Positions 34,214 to 63,990 of a DNA stretch of 64,000 bases are shown here, piece by piece (position 1 is the first letter of the stretch; each line of letters opens with the position of its first letter). Source of the stretch: the human T2T-CHM13v2.0 reference genome, Homo sapiens; the NCBI RefSeq assembly GCF_009914755.1, contig NC_060929.1. One strand, written 5' to 3'. The notes under the pieces are model-generated. The model was not told where the DNA came from. It worked only from the letters and a program-made list of their open reading frames with translations, and did not search any database. The translations under genes were made by a program, and so were the position numbers.

Positions 34214-34399
34214 TAGTAGGTAGAGGCCAGGGACACTGCTGAATATCCCGCAGTGTATGGGACAGCCCTCCACCACACACTGCCTAGCTCAAAATGTCAG
34301 TAGTGTCAAGGTTGAGAAACCCTGATTGGTAAGAGTCATGCTCAAGGTAAAATCACTAGTTGAGAGAGGCCAAAAAGCCTACTGTCATGGGGTGTACTA

Positions 34400-34786
<387 letters not shown>

Positions 34787-35469
34787 TCACTTGAGGTCGG
34801 GAGTTTGAGACCAGCCTGGCCAACATGGTGAAACCCTGTCTCTACTAAAAATACAAAAATTAACCTGGTGTGGTGGCTCAAGCCTGTAATCTCAGATACT
34901 TGGAAGGCTGAGGCACAAGAATCGCTTGAACCCAAGATGTGGAGGTTGCAGTTAACCAAGATTGTGCCACTGCACTCTCCCTAGCCTGGGCAATAGAGTG
35001 AGACCCTGTCTCAAAAAAAAAAGAAAAAAAGAAAATGGTGGTAATAGCAGCGACTTGGTAATGGGGCTGGATCAAAATAATCTCAGGTGCATGACAAAAG
35101 TGGAGATTGCTGGCCCCCATCCAAACCCTATTAAGCAAGAATCCTTGGGGCCTACGTTTCTATCAAGCAACTGAAATGCTTCTGATGCTCAGCCAGGTTT
35201 GGAGAACACGGACTTGAACTATGACATTTAGTGCCCACCCTCCCTCTTTAATTCCTCATGTCAAGTAATCATGTCAATATTGACTGGCCTTTATGAAGAA
35301 GTCCTTTGCTTAACCTTGTGCTAGGTCTTCAGATAATGTTAGTGCTTATCAGAATCCCCTGGAGGGCTTGTTAAAAAACGTACATTCCCAGGATCACCAC
35401 CCACCACATTGTTTCTACATGCCCCAAACCCTCCCATCCTTCAAAACCTAGCCTCAGTTTATATGCTAA

Positions 35470-35667
<198 letters not shown>

Positions 35668-35971
35668 TAGAGATGGGGTTTCCCCATGTTGGCCAGGCTG
35701 ATCTCAAACTCCTGGCCTCAAGTGAGCCACCTGCCTTGGCCCCCCAAAGTGCTGGGATTACAGATGTGAGCCACAGCGCCCAGCCAAGTGAAATTTGTCG
35801 TGATATCTCCCTTCCTTGAACTCTGTGCTTCTTTTGGAAGTGGATCACTTTCTCTCTTAGAAATATTTGGGCATGTGGGCCGGGCACGGTGGTTCATGCC
35901 TGTAATCTCAGCACTTTGGGAGGCCGAAGCGGGTGGATCACGAGGTCAGGAGATCGAGACCATCCTGGCTA

Positions 35972-36218
<247 letters not shown>

Positions 36219-36829
36219 TTACTGTGAAGACCTGTGGCAGTTTTTCTTAGTATCCTCTCCTGTAGCTAGCTCATTGGAGTAAATGCATAAGACATAGGAT
36301 GTTGGCTTCCCACACCTTACCGCCTTTTGGGGGACAGGACAGAAGTTATACAATAGAAGAAATAAGTAGAATTCAGTGTGAGACAGAGTCTCACTCTGTT
36401 GTCCAGGCTATAGTGCTGTGGTGCGGTCTCGGCTTACTGCAGCCTCCACCTCCTGGGTTCAAGCAACTCTTCTGCCTCAGCCTCCCGAGTAGCTGGGATT
36501 ACAGGTGCCTACCACCATGCTTGGCTAATCTTTGTATTTTCAGCGGAGACAGGGTTTCACCTTGTTGGCCAGGCTGCTCTCAAACTCCTGACTTCAAGTG
36601 ATCCACCCTCCTTGGCCTCCCAGAGTGTTGGGATTACAGGTGTGAGCCACTGCGCCAGTCCTTGGAGTTATCTAGCTTAATGCATGCTTTTTACAAATAG
36701 AGAAATAGGCTCTCTGTGAGTCAAAGTATATGGAATGTACATAGGGTCCAGCTGACACTTTTCCCACTCCCCCATCAGTAGCACAGATGTCTGCCCTGCT
36801 GCGAAGTAATCCTAATCTCACCTCTTTAG

Positions 36830-37024
<195 letters not shown>

Positions 37025-37146
37025 ACTCCAGTCTCCCAAGAAAGGCCAACCACCCTAGTTCTGGCAAAGGGATCTGCCCCAGGGTCACGATGACACCAGT
37101 GTGACCCGAGGAGAACTAGTAACTACAACCTACACAACTGTAGAAC

Positions 37147-37183
37147 AATAAACAGAAACCAGCAGACAGCGGAGCATAATAAA
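37147..37183 (+). terminator. C5orf52 polyadenylation signals
   Basis: AATAAA at 37147-37152 and 37178-37183, 120-160 nt after the stop. Confidence 0.75.
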
Positions 37184-37750
37184 TCCTCAGCAATCCTCAT
37201 ATTCCTTGCCCATGCATCCCCTCTATTTGGTGAAGGAGGTCCTGATAGTCTCGTAGATGCTCAACTCAAAAAGGTGGGATCAAGCTAGCTTCCATGCTTA
37301 AGGCAAAGATTGACCTCTCGGTGCCCACATGTCTGAGGTGACATGCCGGGCCAAGTGTGCTGGGACAATGGTACCTTAGATGGAAGGCCTCAGTAATGCC
37401 ACTGCCTGGCATTCCAGTGGTAAGGAGGTCAGGGGGAGGCATCAGAAGGACCTGGCTTAAGTGCTATTTCTACCACCAGTCAGTCTTGTGACCTTGTCAC
37501 CTCCTTGGACCTCCATTTCCTTATCTGAAAGAATGTGGTAGTAGTAAGGGAACCTACCTCCAAGGTCTAGCATGAGGATGTAAAGTGCTGAGCCCAGGGC
37601 TCATCATTTCCAGTGGTTCTCACCATGATGGCTCCAGTAGCCTTCCAGTGGTCCCCACTCCCTGTTCTGCCTGCTCTCCAGACTACACCTGGATAGTCCC
37701 CACACTGTAGCTTTATTTGCGAAGATCCTTCATCTGGAATGTCCCTTTAG

Positions 37751-37942
<192 letters not shown>

Positions 37943-38824
37943 TGAGTAGCTAGGATTAAAGGCATGCGCCTCCACACCTGGCTAACTTTTGTATTTTTAG
38001 TAGAGAAGGGTTTTCGCCATGTTGGCCAGGCTGATCTCGAACTCCTGACCTCAGGTGATCCTCCCTTCTTGACCTTCCAAAGTGCTGGTATTACAGGCAT
38101 GAGCCACCGTGCATGGCCACCAAAGTCATTTAATTCCTGGAGACCCCTAGCAGGAACACTTTCCAGCCCAGCGCTTTGTTAAGTCAGAAGTGTTACTCTG
38201 CCTATTAAAATTCTGGGCCTGGTCCAACTGCTGACTTTGAAAGTCTGCAGACCTATGAGGGCCGAGGGGACAGAGCCAGGGGCAGGCCTTGGACTGGGAC
38301 CTCCTGCCTCCCTCAGTAACCTCTCTCTGGGTTTCAGCTCTCCCACTTGCTCTTCAGGAATGGTGGGGCTGGTGGGTGATTTCTGCACTTCCTTCCATTT
38401 CTCAGATCCTGAGATGTGGCACAGAGCTTTGCATACATAATGCTTCACGAATGTCTGCTGAGTGGAAGGAAACAAATCCTGCTCTGAGCAAAGCAAGAAA
38501 GTCCAGGCTTATCAAAATGATCACTCAGGGAGAGTTTAACTTGACTAATCACTTTACAAAGTGATTCCCAGTGGTATTCCTTATCCAGTCTGCTCATCCA
38601 GGAGCATTTTCAAAGCTTCTGTCACCAAGCCACTGTCATTCAAGTTGCGTCTTCCAGCTAATGGAAGTACCCCCATACAGGAGCTTTGTGCGATAGTCTT
38701 AAGTTTGGCCAGGCGCAGTGGTTCATGCCTGTAATCCAAGCACTTTGGGAGGTCCAGGTGGGAGGATCACTTGAGGCCAGGAGTTTGGGACCAACCTGGG
38801 CAACGTAGTGAGACCCTGTCTCTA

Positions 38825-38977
<153 letters not shown>

Positions 38978-40457
38978 TTAGAGAGCGGAAACCCTATCTC
39001 AAAAAACAAACAAACAAAAACTCCCTATAGTTAAAAAACATTCACCTTCCACATCATCCAACACATGTTTATTTATTAATAGCTCCTTATACATACCAGG
39101 CACTCTTGTAGGTGCTGGAAATCATTAGTGAACAAAACAGACTCAAATCCTCTGCTTTCATGAAGGCACGATCCTCAGCTCACTGCAACCTCCGCCTCCT
39201 GGGTTCAAGCGATTCTCCTGCCTCAGCCTCCCAATAGCTGGGATTACAGGTACCCATCATCATGCCCAGCTTTTTTTTTTTTTTTTTTTTTTTTTTTGTA
39301 TTTGTGTAGAGACAGGGTTTTACCATGTTGGCCAGGCTGGTCTTGAACTCCTGACCTCAGGTGACCTGCCCGCCTCAGCCTCCCAAAGTACTGGGATTAC
39401 AGGTGTGAACAACTGCACCCAGCCAAAGCTTATATTTGAATAGTCTCGGGGTGGTGGAGAGGGGAGTAGGAAGAACAGGAATCAGATGAAACAGGAATCA
39501 GCTGCTGGAGTCTGGTGCCTCTGGCTGAAGGCAGGATGCCTCCTTTGGGCTTTATGGGGAGAATCTGGTTTGCACAGTATTTTCTCTGTACGATCCTTTG
39601 ACATCTGGAAATGCTGTTCCCAAGCCTGGAAGGCTGTGTGTGTCCCTCCCTGCTTCAGTGAGGTTTCTTTTATCTGATGTGCACGATCTTTGCAGTCAAA
39701 TGGCTCTGATTTGGAATCTCGGCTCTGCCTTGCAGAAAGAAGAACGTCATTTTGCCCCTTGGAGCTTCACCTTCCTCATCTGGAAACTGGGAATAATTGT
39801 AGTACCTATCTTATAGGCTTGTTCTGAGAACCCAGTTAGCTTGACAAGAACCTAGCCCAAGGCCTAGCATCTTGTAGGTGAATCGGAAGGGGGTTCTGTT
39901 GGGAATTGTAATTGTTGCGTTGTACCTGGAGTTGACACATACACTTCAAGAGGCAGCCTGGTGCTGGGGAGTGAGCCTTGGAATAAGAATCTAGAGGTGG
40001 GAGTTCAGCTTGTGTGATTCCTCAGTTTCCTCTGAGACCCTGAGCAACATACATTCCCTTTCTGAGCACTGATCTGCTCTCTTCCCTCATGTTCAGTTAA
40101 TCCCCTAGGAGGAGGAAATTGGGTTGAGATAGATCCATATCCTCCAGGGGGCCTTGGAGCATCCCAAGCCAGCATGTGCCTGTTGGGAACCTGGTCAGGA
40201 GCAATGGTTGGTCACTGGGGTTCCAACCAAGCCTTCCACAGTTACTTCTGGGGGGCTGAGTGCACTCGTTCCACAAGAATGAAATGGTCACCAGGAAGAA
40301 TTCTTCCTTAACTTTGTCACATTAGAGGGCTGGGAGGGCCTGATTCCCTGGAATCTGCCTTTTCAACCTGATTTCCCATACTTCTTCCCATGGGCCAGAT
40401 CCCATGAATTCTCTCACTTCTCCAAACAGGCCCCTTGATTTTCCACCTTGGAACTCA

Positions 40458-40619
40458 CTTTCTTCCTCCCTTCCTCCCTCCCTCCCTTCCTTCCTTTCTT
40501 CCTTTTGTTCTTCCTTTCTTCCATTTTTCTTCCCTCCTTTCTTTCCCCCCACCCCTCCCTCCTCCTCTCCCCTCCTCACTTCCCCCCACCCTTCCCTCCC
40601 CTCCCCTCCTCTTCCTCTC
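40458..40619. repeat. Polypyrimidine/polypurine low-complexity tract
   Basis: About 160 bp of almost pure C/T at the tail of a minus-strand Alu. Confidence 0.9.
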
Positions 40620-40765
40620 ATTGCCCAGGCTGGAGTACAGTGGCATGATCATAGCTCACCACAGTCTTGAAGTCTTGGCCTCAAGTGATCCTCCCACCTC
40701 AGCCTCTTAACTAGGACTATAGGCATGTGCTACCATGCCCCACTAATTTTTTTCACTTCTTGTAG

Positions 40766-40924
<159 letters not shown>

Positions 40925-42249
40925 TAGATTTCCCCTCATTTCTACCTGAGGAAATTCAGCTCAGACCTTTCAGGGCCTGCCCTGACATGAGCTCTGCCTT
41001 CCAAGACTAGACTCTGTCCATCTCCCATCAGACTAGGAGTTTCCACCAGGCAGGGGTTGGACACATCAGGAAAACAGAGGCTTGGATGGATAACCCTTTC
41101 TTTGCAAATTGCATTATGCAGAACCAGCCATATTCTCTGGAGCTCTCAGGTAATTTCCATGGTGGTCCCCCCAACCCCTCATTGCTTTAGAGATTCTGCA
41201 TACTTCACTAAGGAATCATTGACTCCTCTGAAAGATTTTCAGATAAAACTTGTCACTATCACTCTAAGCTGAGGTCACTAATTAATAGTCCTGGGACCAA
41301 TAGCAGGGCATTGGTTTGATCAAACACTATGCTTCTCATGGTATTGAATTAAAGTACTTTGGGTGTGGTATGGAAGCTGCAGTTAGCTGCAGCTCCCACC
41401 ACTGCCATCTCCCTAAACCCAAGTGCACTTAATCTCCCTGGCCCCTGAAGGTATGTGAGTTTGTGATCACTCCAAAGTGTTAGAACAGCAGTTCCTTTAA
41501 AATAACTAACAAGTTTAAAAACTTTAAAATTGTAATACAAGCACTATATATAAAATTCCATTTAAAGGGTATTCAATAAAGGAAAATTCCCCTCCTCCTC
41601 TCCAGGGCCACAGCAATAACCATTTCTGTGTGTCCTTCCAGAAATGTTCTAAGAGTATAGGCCCTTAAGATGCCCTTTATGGGCTTCATAAATTACGTGC
41701 AAAACTTTATTTTTATGTATTTATTTATTTGAGATAGAGTTTGGCTCTTGTCACTCAAAAAAAAAAAAAAATTAGCCAAGTTTGGTGGCACATGCTTGTA
41801 GTCCCGGCTACTTGGGAGGCTAAGGTGGCAGCCGTGACTGCACCACTGCACTCCAGTCTAGGTAACAGAGTGAGGTCCTATCTTTAAAAAAAAAAAAAAA
41901 CAAGAAAAAAAATAGAAACAGAAAAAAAGAAGCCACCAGCCTGGCATTGCCCAGCTCAGTCAATAAAACATCCTTTTTTTTTTTTTTTTTTTTTTTTTCA
42001 GGAAAAGTCATTACAAATGTTTGGCCAAGGGCAGGTCTAGCATGTCTCCCAGAAATGGGCCTGCCTTAGTATCCCTTATATACCCAGGAACTAGCTAGAA
42101 AAAGCTTGAAGGAAATCTGGTCTCAGTATAAACATGATGATGGATTTCACAGTGCAACAGTTGGGAGCCCGTAGTCAATTTTGCTTTCTGTAATTAGAGG
42201 TCTGTGGGGTGCATTCCTATGCACAGATGGCATTGTGATTCCCATTTTA

Positions 42250-42648
<399 letters not shown>

Positions 42649-42983
42649 TCAATATTCATCCCAAGCTCCTTCCTAGGTGCTACTGGGCCACAATTCAGAG
42701 GTGGAGGGTAATGGATTCCTAGGACTTTTTTTTTTTCCTATTTTTATTTATTTATTGAGGCACCACTGCACTGTGTCTTTGGCAACAGAGTGAGAACCTG
42801 TTGCCAAGGATGCAGTGCAGTGGTGCCATCATAGCTTACTGCAGCTTCAACCTCCTTGGGCTCAAGTGATCTTCCCACCTCAGTCTCCCAAGTAGCTGGG
42901 ACTACAGGTGTGCACCACCACTCTAGGCTATTTTTTTTTTTTTTAACTTTTTGTAGAGAAGGAGTCTCCCTATGTTGCCCAGG

Positions 42984-43951
42984 TGAAGGGGGCCAGCCCC
43001 TCCACACCTGTAGGTATTTCTCATGAGGTGGAACGAGAGACTGAGAAAAGAAATAAGACACAGAGACAAAGTACAGAGAAAGAGCAGTGGCCTAGGGGTC
43101 CGGCGCTCAGCAAACGGAGGACCCACGCCGGCACTGGTCTCTGAGTTTCCTCAGTATTTATTGATTACTATTTTCACTATCTTGGCAAGGGGAATGCGGC
43201 AGGAGGACAGGGTGATAGTGGGGAGAAGGTCAGCAGGAAAACATATGAGCAAAGGAATCTGTGTCACAAATAAGTTCAAGGGAAGGTACTATGCCTGGAT
43301 GTGCACCTAGGCCAGATTTATGCTTCTCTCCACCCAAATATCTCAGTGTAGCAAAGAGTAACAGAGCAGAATTGCTGCCAGCATATCTCGCCTCCAGCCA
43401 CAGGGCGGTTTTCTCCTATCTGAGAATAGAACGAATGTACGATTGGGTTTTACACCGAGACATTCCGTTCCCAGGGACATGCAGGAGACACAGGCCTTCC
43501 TCTTATACTAATCCTCCTCAGCACAGACTCTATGGGTGTTGGGCTGGGGGACGGTCAGGTCTTTCCCTTCCCATGAGGCCATATCTCAGGCTGTCTTAGC
43601 GGGGGAAAATCTTGGACAATACCCAGGCTTTCTGGGGCAGAGGTCCCTGCAGCTTTCCGCAGTGCATTGTGCCCCTGGTTAATCGAGAATAGAGAATGGT
43701 GATGACTTTTACCAAGCAACCTGCCTGTAAACATATTGTTAACAAGGCACATCCTGCACAGTCCTAGATCCCTTAAACCTTGATCCCATACAGCATATGT
43801 TTCTATGAGCACAGGGTTGGGGCTAAAGTTACAGATTAACAGCATCTCAAGGCAAAACAATGTTCTTAGTACAGATCAAAATGGAGTTTCTTACGTCTTC
43901 CCTTTCTACATAGACACAGTAACAGTCTGATCTCTCTTTCTTTTCCCTACA
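42984..43951 (-). mobile_element. HERV-K(HML-2) solo LTR, LTR5B/LTR5A type (968 bp)
   Basis: Minus strand TGTAGGGAAAAGAAAGAGAGATCAGACTG...GGCCCCCTTCA. 6-bp TSD CCCAGG (42978-42983, 43952-43957). Splits an Alu. Confidence 0.92.
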
Positions 43952-44679
43952 CCCAGGCTGGTCTCAAATTCCTAGGCTCAAGTGATCCTCCCACCTCAGC
44001 CACCCAAAGTGCTGGGATTACAGAAATGAGCCACTGCGCTTGGCCTCTAAGGGCATTTGGATTTAACATTCCACGATAGGAAAGCAGGGCTGCATGCTTC
44101 AAGGTCAAGAGTTACCTGCCCCTGGGATTTGTAACGAGATCACCATTTCAACAGAGTTCATTCTGAGAAATCCTCAGGGCCAACATGTCCCTGTTTATCT
44201 GACAGTGTATTATAAACTTCACAGAAACTTCTCAAACCAAATTTAATTGACTTTGGAAAGAAAGTGATTCCTCACTTTTGGAGTGGAAAAGTTAAAGGTT
44301 CATGAAATCAAACAGAGGCCTAGAATCCCTGTTCCAAGCCAGGCTATTAGGCGATGGGGCCATTTCACTCTCCCCTACTATAGGACTGCATTCAAACCTC
44401 AACATGACCTTCTTCCTGGGTTGTCTGAGTAAAAGGCTGCTCTACTCTGAGTCCAAAAGAACAGAGTGAACTGTTTAGGAAAAGGATGTGGACCTCTCAA
44501 AAGCCCTCAACCTTAACTTCTCCCACTTAGGATATGAAATCCTGGTCACACCATGTCCAATTCTGAATATTTAAAAAGAGATTTAGGCCAGGCGCGGTGG
44601 CTCAAGCCTGTAATCCCAGCACTTTGAGAGGCTGAGGTTGGCGGATCACGAGGTCAGGAGATTGAGACCATCCTGGCTA

Positions 44680-44925
<246 letters not shown>

Positions 44926-45509
44926 TCAGGCCTGTAATCCCAGCACATTCAGAGGCCAAGGCAGAAGGATCACTTGAGCCCAGGAGCTCGAGACGAGTCT
45001 GGCCAACATAGCAAAACCCCATCTCTATTTTGTATAAAAATCTAAAAGAAAAAAAGTAATTAAAACTTTGAAAAGAAGGAGTGAAAATTATGTTTTCTCA
45101 ACTATGGAAAAAAATGCTCAGGAGGAAGGAAATATATCACAGTACTAAGATGTTGACTAGGTTAGGAGGATGGGGATATTGTGGTTGGACTATATTTGTT
45201 TTCCCTTTTCTACAAATCAGCATGTAAAATAAATTTCTGACCAGGCGTGGTGGGTCACGCCTATAATCCCAGCGCTTTGGAAGGCCAAGGCAGGCAGAGC
45301 ACTTGAGCCCACGAATTTGAGACCGGTCTGGGCAACATGGTGAGACCCTGTCTCTACAAAAAATGTAAAAAGATATAAAAAATAATAATTAGCTAAGCAT
45401 GGTGGCCAGTGCCTTTAAGTTCCAGCTACTCAGGAGGCTGAGGTGGGAGGATCACTTGAGCCTGAGAGGTTGAGGCTGCGGTGGGCGGTGATCACACTAC
45501 AGGATTCTA

Positions 45510-45896
<387 letters not shown>

Positions 45897-46959
45897 CTAG
45901 TTCTAAGTAAGATAGAGTAAGCATAGTCTGTCTCTCCCACTGGCTGAAACTAAAAGCCCTGGACAGGATGCATGAAGCAGCCATCTGAGGACTCTGAAAT
46001 ATTAACAAGGCTGGTGCGGTTGCTCATGCCTGTAATCCCAGCACTTCGGGAGGCTGAAGCAGGAGGATCACTTGAGGCCAGAGGTTTGAGACCAGCCTGG
46101 GGAACAAAGTGAGACTCTGTCTCTAGAAAAAAATAATGTTTTTTGGCCAGGTGCAGTGGCTCACACCTGAAATCCCAGCACTTTGGGAGGCCGAGGCAGG
46201 CAGATCAGGAGGTCAGGAGATTGAGACCATCCTGGCCAACACAGTGAAACTCCGTCTCTACTAAAAATACAAAAATTAGCTGGGCTTGGAGGCACGTGCC
46301 TGTAATCCCAGCTACTCGGAAGGCTGAAGCAGGAGAATCGCTTGAATCAGGGAGTTGGAGGTTGCAGTGAGCCGAGCGCCGCTCTAGCCTGGCGACGGAG
46401 TGAGACTCCGTCTCAAGAAAAAAAAAAAAAGAAAAAATAATTTTTTTTGGTAGCAGCAGTATCAGTAGCGACAAGAAAAGCACCTAAAACTCTGACAGAG
46501 CAGAATCCTTTTATCTGACCAAAGGATCTGCGTTCTGAAAAGTGGAAGAGGAAAATCTCGATTGCCTTTTTTCTCTCTTCATCCTGTCACTTGGCCCAAG
46601 AGTACCCGTCGCCATGAAGCCACATAACAGAGCAGGGAGACTAAAGGCCCCAATTTCTAGCTAGAGGATCAGGAAAATGTCTATCAAGAATACTTCTATT
46701 TTTGTGCGCAAAAATTAGTTCTATCTAAATAGTAGGCCTTAAAATTGATTTTTAAAAAAATACTTGAGAATTTTGAAGGCGTTCGTGTATTTTACTGCTA
46801 TATGTACAAGTCGATCAGAAGTGATACCTGTGCAGGCTACCCTGAAAAGAATCAGTTCCATTACTTCACTTTTGTAGTTTAGACTTGGGAACTGCTGATA
46901 TACCCTATGGGGCAACACAGGCGCAGTTTTGAAAACCAGACTCCCCTGCTGTCTAATAC

Positions 46960-47904
46960 CTGCATCTGAGGGCAGCACAGTGAGGGGACATCTTTGGTTT
47001 CAATTTTTACAGAAGGCTCCAGTAGGGACTGCATTTTAATAGGCACTGGTGTCAGGGGGACCTTGGTCAATCTTATCAGCTCTGAAGGCGGAGCTTCCTG
47101 AAACTGGATCCGGGCCCCAGGGGAAGCAGTGTGGAGAGTCCAGAGGGATCCTGAGGTCTTGCTGGTGCGGCCCAAAGGCACCGGACGTTGGGGCCAAGAT
47201 GACCTCCGCGCTGCCACGAGCCGGGCCATTGGACGCGGGCTCCGCGCCGAGCCTGCAGTCCTCGAGGAGTCTCTCGGGTTCCTCCGTTTTGATCACACCT
47301 TCTCGGATGGCCGCCGAGCTTTTGCCTTCCCCGCCCTGCATCGCGTCCCTCATGACCTCTTCCGCCTCCAGCTTGCCCTTCTCGTTCCCTCGGAAGTAGT
47401 CGAGGGCCGGCCCGAGGCCTTCCAACTTGACCGCCCTGGAGGCTCTACGACCGGTCTCCACGGCCCCCCGAGGCCTCACCGATGCGTCCAGGCAAGCCCC
47501 TAGCTCCTACTTCTTGGCCTTGACGTGCAGCGCCCGGGGCTGCACCGGGTGTAACTCGGGCCTACAGGGGGCGCCCTCGGAAGAGGCGGGCGGCAGCAGG
47601 AGCCGCAGGTCGGGCCTGAACTGCCGCTGGGAGAGGAAGCGGCGCCCTTGCCAGGAACGTGGGGCTGTGGTAGCAGCAACACCTGCTCCAGCTTCACCTC
47701 CAGCAGCTGCTGCGCCGCACACGGCACCAAACCCTCCCTACACGAGGAGGCCACGGTCGCAATGGCGGCCGCGCACAGCATGGGCGGCGACGGAGGGGTC
47801 TTCACGGCCGCTGCCCAAAAGGAGGTGCCCTCGACCGGCAGCAGGGACGGAGCGGGACTCAAAGGGTGCGGCTGAGGCGGCGGCTCCAGCCTAGCTCTCT
47901 CCAT
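46960..47904 (-). pseudogene. SOX30P1: Duplicated, unprocessed SOX30 exon 1 pseudogene
   Basis: SOX30 N-terminal peptides are split over several frames (ORFs 47500..47904, 47507..47722, 47036..47479, 46879..47229), with a CAG>TAG near 47508 and a 1-nt deletion near 46985. ATG 47904 and donor GCAG|GTATTA at 46960 are retained. There is no copy of exon 2. Symbol from memory. Confidence 0.9.
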
Positions 47905-48400
47905 GGAGGTTGGGGGACGCCCCGGCCCGGATTGTGAGCTCAGCCGTTTGTTGGCGACCTTCCCCCTCCCCCTTTCGGTTAAGATCCTTGCAAGGCCTTT
48001 GCTACCCAGAACCCTACGTGGTTCAAAACGCAGCTCTATGTCTCGGCGTCACCCAATCACAAGCGACCGATACCCCCATCCGGGCTAATCACAGGCGGGT
48101 TTTGTGGCTCTTCCCAGCCCATGCTCTCGCCTCTCGCCTCGTGCTGAGTCCTCAAATCACCCGTGATGGCGGGAGCCTCGAGACGGGTTGCCAGTTTTCG
48201 CTCTGACTTTCCCTCTCTTGTGGCGTTCTCTCCCTGCCGTTGTCTTTAGTCATCCTTTCCCCGCAGGGAGCTGTGACAATGGCGTTGTCCAAGAAACGTT
48301 GTGCTTCCAGTCCGCTGACCTCCAGGGAATAAAGTCTTGGGTCTCAAGACTCGCACGGCCTTGTGCACGGGCTTTGTGCGGCCTGAGTAATCTGTCGGCC
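47100..48400. promoter_or_regulatory. Duplicated SOX30 CpG island / promoter copy
   Basis: Aligns to 8280-9600, CpG-rich, retains CCAAT 48053-48057 and the TTCAAA element. Confidence 0.65.
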
Positions 48401-48983
48401 CTGAGTATCACCAGGGCTTTTGAATCTTTGCCAAGGGAGCATGGGGAAGGTTTTGCAACTTATCAATAACCCATTAGCTGATCTTGCTGGGAAGAGTCTT
48501 CGACTTTGTGCGGTTCTTGTGCTAGTTAAGGTTTCAATTAATCGCCAGGCCCTGTGGCCCTACTTCCAAAATATTATACATCCCAAATTCATCCACTCCT
48601 TTGGGTCTCTACTGCCATTACCCTGTTCCAGGCTCCCACCATCATTCACCTGGATACTACCGAGGCCCTGTAAATAATCTCCCTGTTTGTCAGCCTTGCC
48701 CCACTACACTCCAGCTATCTTTTGAAAATACAAATCTAAGGTTGTCACACTTTTCCTAAAGCTTTCTTTCCATGGCTGCCCACTGATGTGAGAAAAGTCT
48801 AAAATCCTTGGCAAAGCCTTAAAATCCCCAAATGGCTTGGGATCTAACCTACTACTACTACTACTACTGCTGCTAGGTTGGTGCAAACATAATTGTGGTT
48901 TTTGCCATTAAACAGTTACCACTCTAACCCTGAGTCTTTGGGTTTCAGCCACATTGGCCCCATCATCATTCTCTTTCTACTGA

Positions 48984-49389
<406 letters not shown>

Positions 49390-50422
49390 ATTCAGAGAAG
49401 CTTTTACTGACTCTGAAAATCAGATCAAATCTTGGTCTACTTATACCTCTGTCACTTCGTTTGCTTAACACAATTTGTAATTAGAATTTTTAATGTGTTG
49501 ATTCCACTGCCTCTCCCACTTGACTATAAAGTCCTTGAAGGCAGAACTGTTTGTGTTTTGCCCATCACTGAATCCGCAATGCAGACCACTGAGCCTGGCA
49601 TGTAGTACTCAATAAATACTTGTTGAATAAATAAATGAATAGCGACTGTGATAGGGTAATAATAAAACAGTAATAATCACTACCTGTGTTAAGGGCTTAC
49701 TCTTACGCTGGACACTCTTCCAAATCTTTTCCATATTTATGCTTCTCCTTTTACTAGGATTGTGTTTATTTCCATTAAACATCACCAAGAAAAACAAAAA
49801 GGAATCCTGTATTAACATTTGCTGAATTTCTAAATGACATTCTGGCCAAAAGCTATAGTTTATCTTGACATAGATGATTTTTGCAGTCAAGACAAGTTAT
49901 CACTCAAAGAAGACCAACTCCAATTCATTGTCTAATCCTGTGGTATCAAATGTGGTCAACAGGAGTTCTTATACCTGGCAGACAGACAAGGGCAATGATT
50001 TTTAAACTTTTTTTTAATCTCAAAAACTCTTTATATCCATAAAAACTACTGAAGATCCCCAAAGAGCTTTTGTTCATTTGGATTTTGTCTATCAATATTT
50101 ACTATGTTATAAATAAAAACTGAAATTTTAAAAATAGCTATCAACTAATTTAAAACAATAATAAAACCATTATGTGGTAACACATTTTTATGGGGGGATA
50201 AAAACGGTATTTTCCCCCTACATTACACTCACAAGAGAACGAAGTGAAAAGAGCAAATATTGCATTAGGATTATTATGAAAATAGTTTTAACCTAGCCGA
50301 CTCTCTAAGAGTGTCCATCCCCATACCCTGCTTTGAGAACCACGGTACTAAGGTTTAAATGGGAGAGTCAACTGTGTGCATGAGCAAAAGCTAATAAAAG
50401 AGGCAGACAAATAAATCAAGCT

Positions 50423-63990
<13,568 letters not shown>

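Noticed and set aside
40322-40710. Gly/Glu/Arg-rich and Pro/Ser/Phe-rich ORFs
   Set aside because: Low-complexity translations of the C/T tract.
46739-48677. ORFs in the duplicated exon 1 as a functional SOX30 paralogue
   Set aside because: Multiple frameshifts and a nonsense codon; no HMG-box exon in the copy.
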